Origin: an uncultured Actinomycetes bacterium
GTDB lineage: Bacteria > Actinomycetota > Thermoleophilia > RBG-16-64-13
Assembly: GCA_963706025.1 (NCBI GenBank)
Contig: CAVPLM010000003.1
Span: forward strand, 256,001-320,000
Length of the DNA stretch: 64,000 nucleotides
Direction: 5' to 3'
Notes under the pieces: model-generated
Told to the model about the DNA's origin: nothing
Databases searched by the model: none
Seen by the model: the letters and a program-made list of their open reading frames with translations, nothing else
Program-made: the position numbers and the translations under genes
Part shown: positions 50,796 through 61,584 of the stretch, piece after piece
Numbering within the stretch: position 1 is the first letter of the stretch
How the letters are laid out: each line of letters starts with the position of its first letter

Positions 50796-53729
50796 ATGGG
50801 TAGTAGGACGTTACGCTTGCTGCTGATCATCAGTGTGCTGGCCGCGCTGCTGGTGCTGGTGGTCGGAGGGGCAGCCATCGCAGTGCAGAAGGCCGGTGGC
50901 GGCGGGGCGGCCCCGACGGATATCGCCCAGGCGGTCAGATCCCTCGGTATGTTCAGCGATTCAAAGTGGACCGCTCACTACCGGGCGCCGCGGGAGGAAC
51001 AGATCGAGCTGCTCCTCAAGCTTGAGGGCATCTCCCTGGCCGGTCCGGAGATGAAAGCTGCTGCCGTCCAGGTGTTCCGGCAGGAATGGGCTAAGCGCAA
51101 TCCCACGACCCCGAACCCCAAGAAACTACGGCAGTTGCTGGAAGGCGAGTGCTCGCACAAGCCCGCCCCGTGGACTGGGCCTCAGATCATGAGCCTGGCA
51201 GTACCGGTGGAGTTCCCCAACAGCGAGACATTCGATTGGTACGGGACGCCTATCACCGGCGTAGGCCCACTTCACAACCAGATCCCGGCTCCCGGCCCGC
51301 GTGACAACAACACCGTCTGGTATGACAATGCGACGCCGAAGCTGTACAACGAACTGTATTTCGGCGTAGGACCGAAAGCCGGCGTGATCATCAAGCACCC
51401 GAATCTGGGCACGGTAGACCTGCGCGGCAGCACCATGGCCAACTACTACCTCGAGCAATCCGAGGGTAGGTTCGTGCCCAAGGGCGAGGTTTATCCCAAG
51501 TGGCTGCAGGCCGCGCACCCCGAAGCCTGGTACGGCGCCGACAACGAGAGCGGGAGCAACAACAACATTCGCGCTGCGGACCTGGTGCGGGAGGCCGTGG
51601 ATGCGATAAATGCGGACGACCCGAACTTCCCGTGGCAGAACTACGATGGCAACGCTGACGGCGTCGTGGACAACTTCACCGTCATCCATGCCGGCATGGG
51701 CCAGGAGGGGGGCGGTGGCCAGCAGGGTGAGTTCGCCATCTGGTCGCACGCGTCTGCCATCGACTACCCGAGCGGCAAGCTTGCCTGCGCCGCTGGGACG
51801 CACGGCGCCACCCGCGATATCTACGTGCGCGAATACAGCATGGACCCGGAGAACCTGGACGTGGGCGTCATCGCCGAGGAGTTCGGCCATGCGGCCTTCG
51901 GCCTGCCCGACATCTACACCACCGATGCCCAGGCCTCGCCTTCCAACTGGGCGATCTTCGAGTCCGGCTCGTGGAACGGCCCGCTGGGCGGCATGCAGCC
52001 CGCGCCGTTCCCGCTTGTCTTCCGCTATCTCATCGGCTGGGCCAAACCGGTCGAGCTTGACTACACCACCAGAGCGACCACCGCCAAGGTCGGCCAGCTC
52101 TCGCTCCGTCCGAGCAACACCCAGCAGGGGATCAAGATCAACCTGCCGGACCAGGTGCTCGATACGCCCAATCCGTTGGGCACAGGACAGGCCTGGTGGT
52201 CCGACCAGGCCGACCTGGCGGACTTCTACCTGGCCCACGACTTCGACCTGACGGCAGCCACAGCGCCGGTCTTCTCCTTCGCCAGCTCCTGGAGTTTTGA
52301 GCAGGATTATGACTACGGCTATTTCGAGGTCTCTGACGATGGCGGAGCCAACTGGACCAAGCTGCCGGACATGGACGGGGTCTTTGTGGACGATGGCATG
52401 GGCAATCTGGGTGTGAATGGCGAGGGCCAGGGCACCCTGTACTTCGACCTGAGTGCCTACGCCGGCAAGACGATCACGCTGCGCCTGCATTACACCAGCG
52501 ACGTCGGCGTGCAGTGGGCCGGCTGGTTTGCGGACGACTTCTCGCTTGTAGACGGCGCAGCCACGCTGTTCTCCGACGACGTGGAGAACCCACCCAACGG
52601 CTGGACGACCAATCACTTCGTGATCGTGCCGCTGACCCGGATCTACCCGCTCTACTACATGGCGGAATGGCGGAACAGCAGTGGCTTCGACCGCGGCCTG
52701 AAGTATCCCTATACGACGATCTACAGCAACGATGCGACGACCGAGTGGCAGGTCGATCGCTGCCCGTACACGGTGCCAGGCATGCTGCTGTGGCTGAGGA
52801 ACGCGGCTCAGGGTTACGACTACACTCTCTACAACTCCTTGTACGATCCGCCCAGCTTCGGCCCGAAACACGCTCTGCTGATCGTCGACAGCCACTATTG
52901 GCCCCTGGAGTGGGAAGACATGGGCACGACCGGCGTGCACCTGCGGTTGAACTCTCGGGCCCAACCGGGCAACGCCACGTTCACCCTGCAGAACACCACA
53001 CCGTTCACCGCGCGCCGGGCAGACGCGGAAGGCAATATCTTGGAGACCAAGACGTTCTCACCTTTGCCACCCGTGTCGCAATTCCACGACTCGCTGGGCT
53101 ACTACCCCGGCCTGAGGTATCACTTCGACCCTGATCCCGACAACGAAGGCCTGTACTTCTGGGATGCCGTCGCGGGCCTCGTGGTGCCGGCCCAGGATAG
53201 CTACACGACCGGGATCACGTGGGATGACAAGACCCCGGCGACGGATTTCTACGGGATTGACCTAGGCGACACGATTCTCGGCTCGGGCAACCCCGGCGAT
53301 GATGGGGTGCAGTACGGCGTGAACATCGCGCTGCTCGACAAGGCCAACGACGGAAGCTGGGGCAAAATAGCGGTCTGGAATGCGACCAAGCTGGTTAGTC
53401 TGAATATGAAGGCGAACAAGGCCAGGGTTTCGGCCGGGCAGACGCTGACCTACCAGCTCAGGGTGTGGAACCTCGGTCCCGCCCACCAGCCCTTCAGCGT
53501 CAGCGACGTGCTCCCCAAGAACACCACCTTCGTGAGTGGGAAGTACTACAATCCGGCGACTAAGAGCATCGAATGGACGGGGACAGTCGACCCGAACAAG
53601 TCGAAGACGATCGAGTTCACGGTCAAGGTGAACGCCGGAACGCTGCGTGGAACCGTTATCAAGAACGAAGCGACACTCTACGACGACATCTCTGCATCGA
53701 CCGCCTCGGCGAAAACTACGGTGAAGTGA
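50796..53729 (+). CDS. Secreted immune-inhibitor-A-like M6 metallopeptidase with C-terminal DUF11-like Ig domain
   Basis: Signal peptide; MANYYLEQS, IHAGMGQE, IWSH, EEFGH..GLPDIY, EQDYDY and YYMAEWRN motifs. Confidence 0.85.
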   Translation: MGSRTLRLLLIISVLAALLVLVVGGAAIAVQKAGGGGAAPTDIAQAVRSLGMFSDSKWTAHYRAPREEQIELLLKLEGISLAGPEMKAAAVQVFRQEWAKRNPTTPNPKKLRQLLEGECSHKPAPWTGPQIMSLAVPVEFPNSETFDWYGTPITGVGPLHNQIPAPGPRDNNTVWYDNATPKLYNELYFGVGPKAGVIIKHPNLGTVDLRGSTMANYYLEQSEGRFVPKGEVYPKWLQAAHPEAWYGADNESGSNNNIRAADLVREAVDAINADDPNFPWQNYDGNADGVVDNFTVIHAGMGQEGGGGQQGEFAIWSHASAIDYPSGKLACAAGTHGATRDIYVREYSMDPENLDVGVIAEEFGHAAFGLPDIYTTDAQASPSNWAIFESGSWNGPLGGMQPAPFPLVFRYLIGWAKPVELDYTTRATTAKVGQLSLRPSNTQQGIKINLPDQVLDTPNPLGTGQAWWSDQADLADFYLAHDFDLTAATAPVFSFASSWSFEQDYDYGYFEVSDDGGANWTKLPDMDGVFVDDGMGNLGVNGEGQGTLYFDLSAYAGKTITLRLHYTSDVGVQWAGWFADDFSLVDGAATLFSDDVENPPNGWTTNHFVIVPLTRIYPLYYMAEWRNSSGFDRGLKYPYTTIYSNDATTEWQVDRCPYTVPGMLLWLRNAAQGYDYTLYNSLYDPPSFGPKHALLIVDSHYWPLEWEDMGTTGVHLRLNSRAQPGNATFTLQNTTPFTARRADAEGNILETKTFSPLPPVSQFHDSLGYYPGLRYHFDPDPDNEGLYFWDAVAGLVVPAQDSYTTGITWDDKTPATDFYGIDLGDTILGSGNPGDDGVQYGVNIALLDKANDGSWGKIAVWNATKLVSLNMKANKARVSAGQTLTYQLRVWNLGPAHQPFSVSDVLPKNTTFVSGKYYNPATKSIEWTGTVDPNKSKTIEFTVKVNAGTLRGTVIKNEATLYDDISASTASAKTTVK

Positions 53730-53782
53730 TGTTCCTACGTGCGGGGTGAACCGCAGTAGGTAACGAAAGCTCTGGTCTGCAT

Positions 53783-53812
53783 GAGTGGCCGGCACCTAGG
53801 TGCCGGCCACTC
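53783..53812. terminator. Perfect 30-bp palindrome between convergent genes (probable terminator)
   Basis: GAGTGGCCGGCACCTAGGTGCCGGCCACTC. Confidence 0.65.
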
Positions 53813-53862
53813 CCTTGTGTGCGATGAAGCGTGGCCCGGTTCCGCACCGTTGGGCTCGGGCG

Positions 53863-55108
53863 TCAGCCTAAGTTCTCCGCTCCCGACGCCGCGCGCGACT
53901 CCTCCAAGGCCACGCGTGCGGCGCAGCGCTGCTTGACCGGGTCGAGCCGCAGGGTGACGAAGAAGGTGATGATCGCGAACACGCAGGCGATGAGGAACGG
54001 GACCTGATAGCCCACGAAATTGAGGATGAAGCCTGCCGCTACCGGCACCACGATGGCGGTGGCGTGCAGGACGGTCACGCCCATGGCTAGGGTGGGGGCG
54101 ATGTCCTTGGGGACGGCGATCTTGCGCATGTAGGTCGCCGCGGCGATCGGTGAGACGGGGGTGATGAGGGCGTAGATAACGTAGAAGAAACAGGCGACCC
54201 ACACGTTCCCGGCCACGGCGTAGCCGGCCAGGGCCACCACGTAGGCGAGGTTGACGATGGTGAGGATGCGGCGCTCCCCATGCCGGTCGATCCTCCGGCC
54301 CACCCAAGAAGACACGGACCATGCTCGCGAACGTCACGACCATGAGCAGTATCGAGATCCCGGATACTCCGAGCCCGAAATGATTGACGAGCACCCACAA
54401 GCCGAAAGAGAAGAACACCTGCTGGCGGGCCCCATCGAGTAAGTTGAGCAGGTAGTAGAAGCGGTATTCCCGCCGGAACACTATCGGTTCCCTTTTGGGC
54501 GCCGCCGCCCTCAACTCCCCCTCGTGAAGGTGGGGGAAGCGGAAGATGGCGATCGCGCCTATCAAAGCGGCCACGCCCAGGATCACGAACGTGGGCTGGA
54601 ACGACAGCAGGTCGAACTGGAAGACGATGAAGATGAATGCAAAAGCGGCGAAGGTGCCGGCCTGGCCGAAGGCCGCCATGCGCCCAAGAACGGCGCCGCT
54701 CCTGTCCTCGGTCGTCAGGTCCATGCCGAGGGAGTACTGAGTCTGAAGGACGGTGTGGAAGCCGAAGCTTGTGATGAGAACCCAGGGGATGACCGTCCAA
54801 AAACCGGTCGACAGCGAGAACAAGGCGTAGCCGATACCAAGAGCCACAAGCGCCCCCGCCGTGACGTGCTGCAAGGACACCCGGTAGAGCATGGCAGTCA
54901 GGAAGATGAGGACGAAGCCGCCCACCTCGCGGATGGCCGTGATGTAGCCGAACTGGGGCCCTGAGAAGTGGAGCACTTCTTCGAAGTAGTTGGTGACGAT
55001 GCTGTTGTGCCCGTTCACGGCGAAGCCGAAGGCGGCGGACATCACCCCGAGCATGATGAAGCCCCGCCCCAAGGGGCTGCTCCACATCTCCCGGATTCGA
55101 CTTCTCAT
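53863..55108 (-). CDS. MFS transporter; frameshift near 54315
   Basis: About 12 TM segments across ORFs 53735..55144 and 53863..54315; GRRIDRHGERR loop motif. Confidence 0.85.
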
Positions 55109-55289
55109 GGACGGTACGCCAGCATTCGCTTTCCTCCGCGTCAACGGGCACTGTTCCCTGTGGGATAAGCAGGCCGGGGGCGACCGTCGGCCGGGTCCGC
55201 TCGGGTGGCCTCGCCGCGGCCCCGCAGTGGCCCCGCCGTATTGTACCCCCGTGTGGTTTGCCTGCGACTGCGTGGCGCTGTACCTTCAT

Positions 55290-56228
55290 ATGATGCGACC
55301 CGATCCCGACAACGCCCCGACCCCGCCCGCCTCGACGTCACCGGCGCCCCCGACCTCATCGGCCCCGCCGGCGGTTCCCGCGGCCGGGGCGCGGCGGGAC
55401 TCCGTGACCGCCGCGCTCTTGGTCGTCGCGGTCGGAGTGCTCATGCAGGCAGGATCGGCGCTGGCGGTCTTGGTCATCGACTCGGTGGGGGTGGTCCAGG
55501 CCCTCTGGCTGCGCACGGCTCTGGCCGCCATGCTACTGGCCGCGGTGAGGCCTCGTTCGGTACGTCTGCCCGCGAAGGGCGATAGGATGCTTCTGGCGGC
55601 GCTGACCCTGAGCCTGGTGGCGATGAACTTCAGCTTCTACCAGGCCATAAGCCGCGCGCCGGTTGGGATCGTGGTGGCGGTTGAGTTCCTGGGGCCTCTG
55701 GCCGTGGCAGTGGCCGGCTCTCGTCGGCTGCTGGATCTCGTCTGGGTCGTATTCGCCGGGGCTGGAGTGGCGCTGCTGGCCGGTCCCGGCGGTTCGGTCG
55801 GGCTCGCCGGTCTTCTGTTCGCGCTCCTGGCAGCCGCCTGCTGGGCCGCGTTCATCCTCCTGGCCAAGCGGGCGGTGACCCGCATGGAGCCCCTGCAGGT
55901 GAGCGTGATGATGCTGGTGGGAGCTTCTATCGTGTTGACCCCCATCTGGCTGATCACGGGGGTGAAGATCAGCGGGTACGGCCACGCCCTGCTCCTGGGT
56001 CTGGCGGTGGCCGTTCTATCATCGGCGCTGCCCTACTTCCTCGAACTGGCCGCCATCAAGCGCGTGCGTGCCTCGACCTATGGGGTGCTGCTCAGCATCG
56101 AGCCGGCGATCGCCGCGCTGATGGGGTTCATCATACTGTCGCAAGAACTGCGGGCGCGAGAGATCGTGGGCATCGTCGCCATAGTGGTGGCGGCCGCAGG
56201 AGCCAGTTACACCAGCAGTTCGGGATGA
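55290..56228 (+). CDS. EamA/RhtA-like DMT transporter
   Basis: MQAGSALA, AVEFLGPL, SSALPYFLE and LLSIEPAIAAL motifs. Confidence 0.88.
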   Translation: MMRPDPDNAPTPPASTSPAPPTSSAPPAVPAAGARRDSVTAALLVVAVGVLMQAGSALAVLVIDSVGVVQALWLRTALAAMLLAAVRPRSVRLPAKGDRMLLAALTLSLVAMNFSFYQAISRAPVGIVVAVEFLGPLAVAVAGSRRLLDLVWVVFAGAGVALLAGPGGSVGLAGLLFALLAAACWAAFILLAKRAVTRMEPLQVSVMMLVGASIVLTPIWLITGVKISGYGHALLLGLAVAVLSSALPYFLELAAIKRVRASTYGVLLSIEPAIAALMGFIILSQELRAREIVGIVAIVVAAAGASYTSSSG

Positions 56229-56276
56229 TGGGGGCACAGCATCCGGCCAAGGAGGAGCGGACAGCAGGGTGGGGAA

Positions 56277-57425
56277 GTGGGCGCTGACGCGGGCCGTGAC
56301 GCCGGTCCCCGCCACGCCCGCGACGCCGGCCGTGACGGTGCCGGCGAGGCTCCCCAAGCCGGCCCCGAAGCCGGCCGCAGCCTCCAAGCCGGCCCCGAAG
56401 CCGGCCGCAGCCCGAGGGCCACGAAACTGGCCGTAGCGGCACTTGCCGGCCAGTCGATCTTCCTCGGCTACAACTGGGTGGTCATGAAGGTGGCCCTCCA
56501 GTACTCCGATCCCTGGCCCTTCACCGCCCTTCGTACCGGACTGGGGGCCCTCTCCCTGTTCGTACTGCTGGCCGTCTTGCGCCGGGATCTACGCCCTCGG
56601 CAGCCTCTCCTCACCGTGCTGCTCGGCGTGCTCCAGACGACGCTCGGTATCGGACTCCTCATGTGGGCGCTTCAGACGGGCGCCGCCGGCCGGGTATCCG
56701 CGCTCGTCTATACCATGCCGTTCTGGGCGCTTCTGCTCGCGTGGATCTTCCTGGGTGAGCGCATTCACGGCCTGCAATGGTTGGCCGCCATCCTTTCCTT
56801 CGCCGGCCTGGTGCTGGTGCTGGACCCGGCGAATCTTGCGGCGACCCTGCAAAGCAAACTCCTGGCGATCGGAGCCGGGATCGCCTGGGCGGCGAGCACC
56901 ATAGTGGCGAAGAAGATCCGCCGGCGTGAGCCGGTGGACGTGATCAACCTCACGGCGTGGCAGATGCTGTTCGGCAGCATCCCGATAATCATCGTCGCGC
57001 TGATCATCCCTTGGAATCCGATCGTATGGTCCGACACCTTCATCGCGGCCCTGATCTACAACGTGATCCCGGCGACGGCCGTCGCCTGGGCCCTCTGGCT
57101 CTACGTTCTGCAGGTGCTGCCCGCGGGCGTGGCGGGCATCGGAACGTTGGCAACTCCTGTTATCGGGATCACCGCCGCGGCGATACAACTGGGGGAGCGG
57201 GTCACAGTCACAGAGGCTGCCGGTATGGCCGCGATCATCGCGGCTCTTCTGGTGCTGACGCTCCGAGGTCTGCTTTCAGGCCGCGCCGCTCGCAGGGCCC
57301 GCTCCGGTCCGACTGTGCCCGCGCTCGTCGGACCGGAGCCTCCGGCACCGGATCCGGTTAGCCGAGCGGGGGCTGCGACCGCCGCGCGGGACACGGTCCC
57401 TGGAGAAGAAAGGGCGCCCGATTAG
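56277..57425 (+). CDS. EamA/DMT family transporter
   Basis: GYNWVVMKVAL, LVYTMPFW, LGER and TAWQML motifs. Confidence 0.88.
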   Translation: MGADAGRDAGPRHARDAGRDGAGEAPQAGPEAGRSLQAGPEAGRSPRATKLAVAALAGQSIFLGYNWVVMKVALQYSDPWPFTALRTGLGALSLFVLLAVLRRDLRPRQPLLTVLLGVLQTTLGIGLLMWALQTGAAGRVSALVYTMPFWALLLAWIFLGERIHGLQWLAAILSFAGLVLVLDPANLAATLQSKLLAIGAGIAWAASTIVAKKIRRREPVDVINLTAWQMLFGSIPIIIVALIIPWNPIVWSDTFIAALIYNVIPATAVAWALWLYVLQVLPAGVAGIGTLATPVIGITAAAIQLGERVTVTEAAGMAAIIAALLVLTLRGLLSGRAARRARSGPTVPALVGPEPPAPDPVSRAGAATAARDTVPGEERAPD

Positions 57426-57432
57426 ACCGCGA

Positions 57433-57636
57433 TCAGATCTTCCCCTTCTCCACCAGCTTCGCGAAATGGGTGAACGAGCGATCGTACGTGCGTTCCGCCT
57501 CGGGCGGGAAGGCACAGGCGGGAAGCTCCCGGCTTCTGAGGTGGTAGGCGATGCAGTCGCAGCAGACCCCCTTGCGGGAACAGCCTTGCCACGTGCAGTT
57601 GCAGCAGCCCAGATTCGCTTCCTTCTTGCACTCCAT
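57433..57636 (-). CDS. Small Cys-rich protein (DUF6485-like)
   Basis: [36 protein letters not shown]. Confidence 0.75.
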   Translation of the reverse strand: MECKKEANLGCCNCTWQGCSRKGVCCDCIAYHLRSRELPACAFPPEAERTYDRSFTHFAKLVEKGKI

Positions 57637-57796
57637 CGTCGCTCCTTGTCGAGGTATCGCGGGCCGCGCCAGGTCGGGGTGCCCGGTATCGCCTTCCTCC
57701 ATTATGCAGTGTCCAGTGGCCCCGCTGTGATTCCAGGGTATCTAGCTGTGAACGTCCCTCGATCGATGTGGACCGCGCAGTGGGTCACTATAGGAT

Positions 57797-57824
57797 TTGA
57801 CATGTAGATAACAAATAGTAAACT
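57797..57824 (+). promoter_or_regulatory. Promoter of the MerR-TetR regulator with a putative operator
   Basis: TTGACA-16 nt-TAAACT; the spacer contains ATAACAAATAGTAAA. Confidence 0.55.
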
Positions 57825-57841
57825 AACCGTGTGACCCGCGC

Positions 57842-58778
57842 ATGCGATCTTTGACCATCACCGAACTCGAAGAAGCGACCGGCGTCCCCCGTAGCACCAT
57901 CTACTTCTACGTGCGGGAGGGTCTGCTGCCCACGGCGCAGAAAGCGGCGGCGAGCCGGGCCATCTACGCGGAGTCACACGTCGATCTGCTCAAGGAGATC
58001 GCCCGGCTGAAAGCTGAAGGGTGGCCCCTGCGGATCATCAAGGAGCGATTGGCGCCTCAAGTCGCATCGGTCCGCGCTCTCGACGTCGACTTGGTGGCCG
58101 AACAGGCCGAACAGACTCGGCAGTCGATCCTGGTGGCCGCGGCCCGCCTTTTTGCGCGCAAAGGGTACAAACGCACCCGCGTCGCCGATATCATCAAGGA
58201 GGTCGGCGTCACGCCGCCGGTCTTCTACAGCCACTTCCCCTCCAAGAGGGAACTCTTCGTGGAATCCTTCGGGGTCTTCGTGGGTTGGATGCGTGGGTTC
58301 GTCGAACCTCAACTTGACGCCGAACCCGACGCCGCCGCCCGGGACTTGCGGCGAGTACACGGTTACTTCGGCGTGCAGGCCTTGAGTCCCGATCTGATGT
58401 CCCTGGTACGTTCCGAGGCCCTCCACGAAGACGGCGATATTCGCAAGGTGGTGGAGAGGTCTTACAAGGACATGACCGAGGGCACCCTCGGCGATTTGGT
58501 CCGGCTTCGGGAAGAGCGGGGAACGATACTGCCTGCGGCGGACGAACTCGTCGCTTTCGGGTTGCTGGGTGGAGTGGAGAACATCGTGATGCGGGCCTCG
58601 TGGGACGAGCGCTACTCTAACGCGTGACGTCTTGTGGACGACTCTCTGCATGTTCCTCGCCGTCGAAGCGCTCTACACCGGTCGTTTGGATCTCGGGCAC
58701 GAGCTTGCAGGATACGCTGAGCTGGTCGACCGGTTGGCGACGGCTGCCCCGCCGGTGCCGCCCGCGGCACTCGCCTAG
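57842..58778 (+). CDS. MerR-HTH plus TetR fusion regulator; frameshift near 58620
   Basis: TITELEEATGVPRSTIYFYVREGLLP (MerR) and ILVAAARLFARKGY..FYSHFPSKRELF (TetR); alternative frame continues to TAG 58778. Confidence 0.85.
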
Positions 58779-58785
58779 GCTCCGA

Positions 58786-58824
58786 TTGACAATCGCCTGA
58801 TCTGACTTTAGTATTTGTAATACT
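58786..58824 (+). promoter_or_regulatory. Sigma-70 promoter with overlapping palindromic operator
   Basis: TTGACA-17 nt-TAGTAT; AGTATT-tgt-AATACT at 58810..58824. Confidence 0.75.
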
Positions 58825-58877
58825 GGGAACAAGTCCTATAGCCACAGTCCCGTAGTCACCCGCCTAGGAGGTGCTCA

Positions 58878-59669
58878 GTGCCCATCAAACTCATGGCGGC
58901 TTCCCGTCGTCGCCCCGGCCTGACTCGAGCGGAGTACTTCCGCTACCTCGAGCATTATCACGGCACCGTCGCCCGACTGGAGCGCTTCAAGATCGACCGG
59001 TACATCCAGAACCACGTGATCGACGGCGCCTTCGGAGTACTCTCCGATACCAGCCACAAGAACAAGGCCGTGGACCGCGAAGGTGTGGTCGAGCTCTACT
59101 TCAGCGAGTTCCGGGACATGCTCGACACCCTTGAGCCCCAGGGGGTGGAGCAATCGCGGGCCAACCAGGACGGCAAGTTCTTCGCCGACGAGCCGACGAA
59201 CATCATCGTCATGGCGGAAGAAGTGGAGTTGCCGGTGTCGAATCCCCGGCCCAAGTTCAACCCGGGATTGGGAGAATCCGGTTGCGGCGCGGTCAAGGTC
59301 CTGCACTACATCATGCGCAAGCCTGAGGTATTCCCCAACGACTACCACAAGCTCTGGCGCCAGGCGCACGACGAAGCCATGGCCAAGTCCCCGTACGCCC
59401 AGGAGATGTTCCGCAAGATCGTTCTGAGCAAGCGCGCCCGGGTGAACGACAACGATGCCGCCGCCCGGGCCCACTTCCGCATGGTCGATCCGCCCGTCTA
59501 TGACCTGGTGGTGTCGGTCACCCTGGACAGCATGGAGCAGGTGGGGGCCTTCAGGCAGTACCTCGAGGCCATGCAGGAAAGCCCGCTCGACTTCGCCGAT
59601 TGGTCGGAGTCGTTCTTCCTCTACGTGCGGCCGGTGCGCATCATCGACGACGCGCCGCCGAAGGACTGA
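58878..59669 (+). CDS. Tandem EthD-like (dimeric alpha-beta barrel) domain protein
   Basis: RRRPGLTRAEYFRYLEHYHG..YIQNH..EGVVELYF, and a second repeat MRKPEV..YHKLWRQAH. Confidence 0.7.
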   Translation: MPIKLMAASRRRPGLTRAEYFRYLEHYHGTVARLERFKIDRYIQNHVIDGAFGVLSDTSHKNKAVDREGVVELYFSEFRDMLDTLEPQGVEQSRANQDGKFFADEPTNIIVMAEEVELPVSNPRPKFNPGLGESGCGAVKVLHYIMRKPEVFPNDYHKLWRQAHDEAMAKSPYAQEMFRKIVLSKRARVNDNDAAARAHFRMVDPPVYDLVVSVTLDSMEQVGAFRQYLEAMQESPLDFADWSESFFLYVRPVRIIDDAPPKD

Positions 59670-59704
59670 CCAAGCGTTCCTCTCGATCTAGTGAAGGGAT
59701 CGTC

Positions 59705-60616
59705 ATGACTCAAGACAAGAACACGCCCGAGTGGAAGGCGCAGAAGACCTACACTCAGAACCGGGCCGACAGCGAGCTCAAGGCCACTCTGCCCCCGCTC
59801 ACTCCGGAGGAAGAGGCCCGGCCTTTCGCCAAGTACTACTACGAACCCCTCAAGCAGCCGGATCCCGCCCACTACGCCGCGATGGAAGTGCCCATCGACC
59901 CGGCCAGGGCCTTCGGTCCTGAAGAGCTCGATCGGATGCTCGACCCTAAGCGTCTGGAGACCCAAGAGGTCGAGGTGGGCTGGTGCAACCTCCCCAATGG
60001 CGCCGGCTTCATCGCCAACACCATCGTCTACCCCGACGTGACCGCGGAGATGATCGACTGGTGGTTCGTCTGGCACACGCTGGAAGACCTGCGCTACCGC
60101 ATCTGGTATCCCCCGCAGCACGCCGGCATCATGCTCAGCCCCATCGACCGGGCCCGCATCCTCGATCCGGACATCCCCATGCGCGAGAAGAACTGGGGCG
60201 TTACCCACTACGTGACCGAGAACTGCGACTGCGGTATGGAGAACGTCGACATCAGCTTCCGTTCGCCGCAGGACATGGGCTTCGACATGGACCGGTTCGA
60301 CAAGGTAGCGGCCACGTTCGCAGGCGGCGGTGGCTGGGCGGTCACCGTCTGCAAGTGCGACACGTCGATCACCGCGCCGGCCATCATGTGCCACATGTTC
60401 TACGAGGTGCCCGGCGGTCTGCGGCACCGCACCCGCTTCTGGATGGGCTACCGATTCACCGAGGACGGCAAGCCGGAGCTATGCCTGCCTCCTGGAGTAG
60501 CGGTCCCCGCGGATGCGGTACAGGGCTTGGCCCGGCACAACGTCAAGGAGTTCACGCGTTTCGGCGATTTCCTGCCCCGGATCTACAAGGAGTTGGGTCC
60601 CAGCCTGTACTGCTAG
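59705..60616 (+). CDS. PhlG/phloretin hydrolase-like C-C hydrolase 1
   Basis: EVGWCNLPNG, VTAEMIDWWFVWH, RYRIWYPPQH, HYVTE, RTRFWMG and HNVKEF motifs. Confidence 0.85.
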   Translation: MTQDKNTPEWKAQKTYTQNRADSELKATLPPLTPEEEARPFAKYYYEPLKQPDPAHYAAMEVPIDPARAFGPEELDRMLDPKRLETQEVEVGWCNLPNGAGFIANTIVYPDVTAEMIDWWFVWHTLEDLRYRIWYPPQHAGIMLSPIDRARILDPDIPMREKNWGVTHYVTENCDCGMENVDISFRSPQDMGFDMDRFDKVAATFAGGGGWAVTVCKCDTSITAPAIMCHMFYEVPGGLRHRTRFWMGYRFTEDGKPELCLPPGVAVPADAVQGLARHNVKEFTRFGDFLPRIYKELGPSLYC

Positions 60617-60733
60617 GGAGTCCGCACGGCGGCCGCCCTGCCGATGCGGCCGCTCCGTCGGGTGCAGCTGCTCTGTCGGGCATGACCGCTCCGTCCTGCG
60701 CGCAGGACCTGTCGACGAAGGAGGAGAACGAAA

Positions 60734-61517
60734 GTGATCAAGTCGATCGTGCTGATGAGTCTCCCGATAGACGACATCGCGGAGATGGAACGGTGGTACT
60801 ACCGAGAGCACTCCTCGGAGATCTCGCGTCGCTATGGGCCTTGGCTGGAGCGGCACGAGAGCTTCGCGGCCCTCGAGCGCCCCGGCCGATGCCCGCGAAT
60901 ACGGCTTCTACGACTGGCGTTTGACCGAGTGCTTCTGGCGCGAGGTACCGCTGCCCGGCCCCCGGGGGGCCTATTGTTTCACCCCGGCGCCGGTGTGGAA
61001 CCCCATCGTAGCCTGCGCGGTGCCGGCGCAACCCAGCGAGGATTTCCTGGGCTGGGACGGCTTCGCAACCGACCGGGCCTGCATTCGCTGGTATCAGATC
61101 TTCCGCTACCCGCTGGGCGTGCGCTTGAACGACGGGGAAGACTGGTACCTGAACGTGCATGCGCCCGAGGTGATGAAACAGCCGGGCCTGCGCCGCTTCT
61201 TCAGCTACCGAGCGGTCAAGCCCCCTGTCCCCCTGCCGGGCATGTGGCATCCGGACGCGACGCCCCCCGAAGACATGCAGTTGGTGCAGTGGGACCGGGT
61301 CACCGAGCTGTGGTACGAGAGTTTCGCAGCGTGGCGGAACGCGGTCATCAGCAACCCGCCGCAGTACACCCTGCCGGATTGGGCTACCGATCCGTTCTAT
61401 CCCGAGACCACCGACAAGTTCCCGTTCTTCAAGCCGGGGGTCGACTTCGTGAGCACCTTCTTGCTCGAGCGGCCCACCGACGAATTCAAACGCGACACCC
61501 GCTACTACCTGCCGTAG
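60734..61517 (+). CDS. Bacterial chalcone-isomerase-like protein; frameshift near 60875
   Basis: ERWYYREH, YGFYDWRLTECFW, YPLGV..GEDW, VTELWYE and PDWA..FPFFKP resemble my recollection of Eubacterium ramulus CHI. Confidence 0.65.
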
Positions 61518-61584
61518 GTCGGAGTGCAGGTCGAGGCAGACGCAGCGGGGCGGAGCGACGTGAGCCGAATGGAGGCGATCCCTA

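Noticed and set aside
51126-52964. Long antisense ORFs (for example 612 aa here, also 23299..24729 and 40169..41557)
   Set aside because: Shadow ORFs expected from high-GC codon bias opposite well-supported genes; no motifs.
56354-56412. 30-bp tandem duplication in the EamA N-terminus
   Set aside because: A simple two-copy slippage in a low-complexity tail; no functional signal.
58619-58630. TGA at the end of the MerR-TetR ORF as Sec
   Set aside because: A plausible C-terminus continues in another frame to 58778; this is a frameshift.
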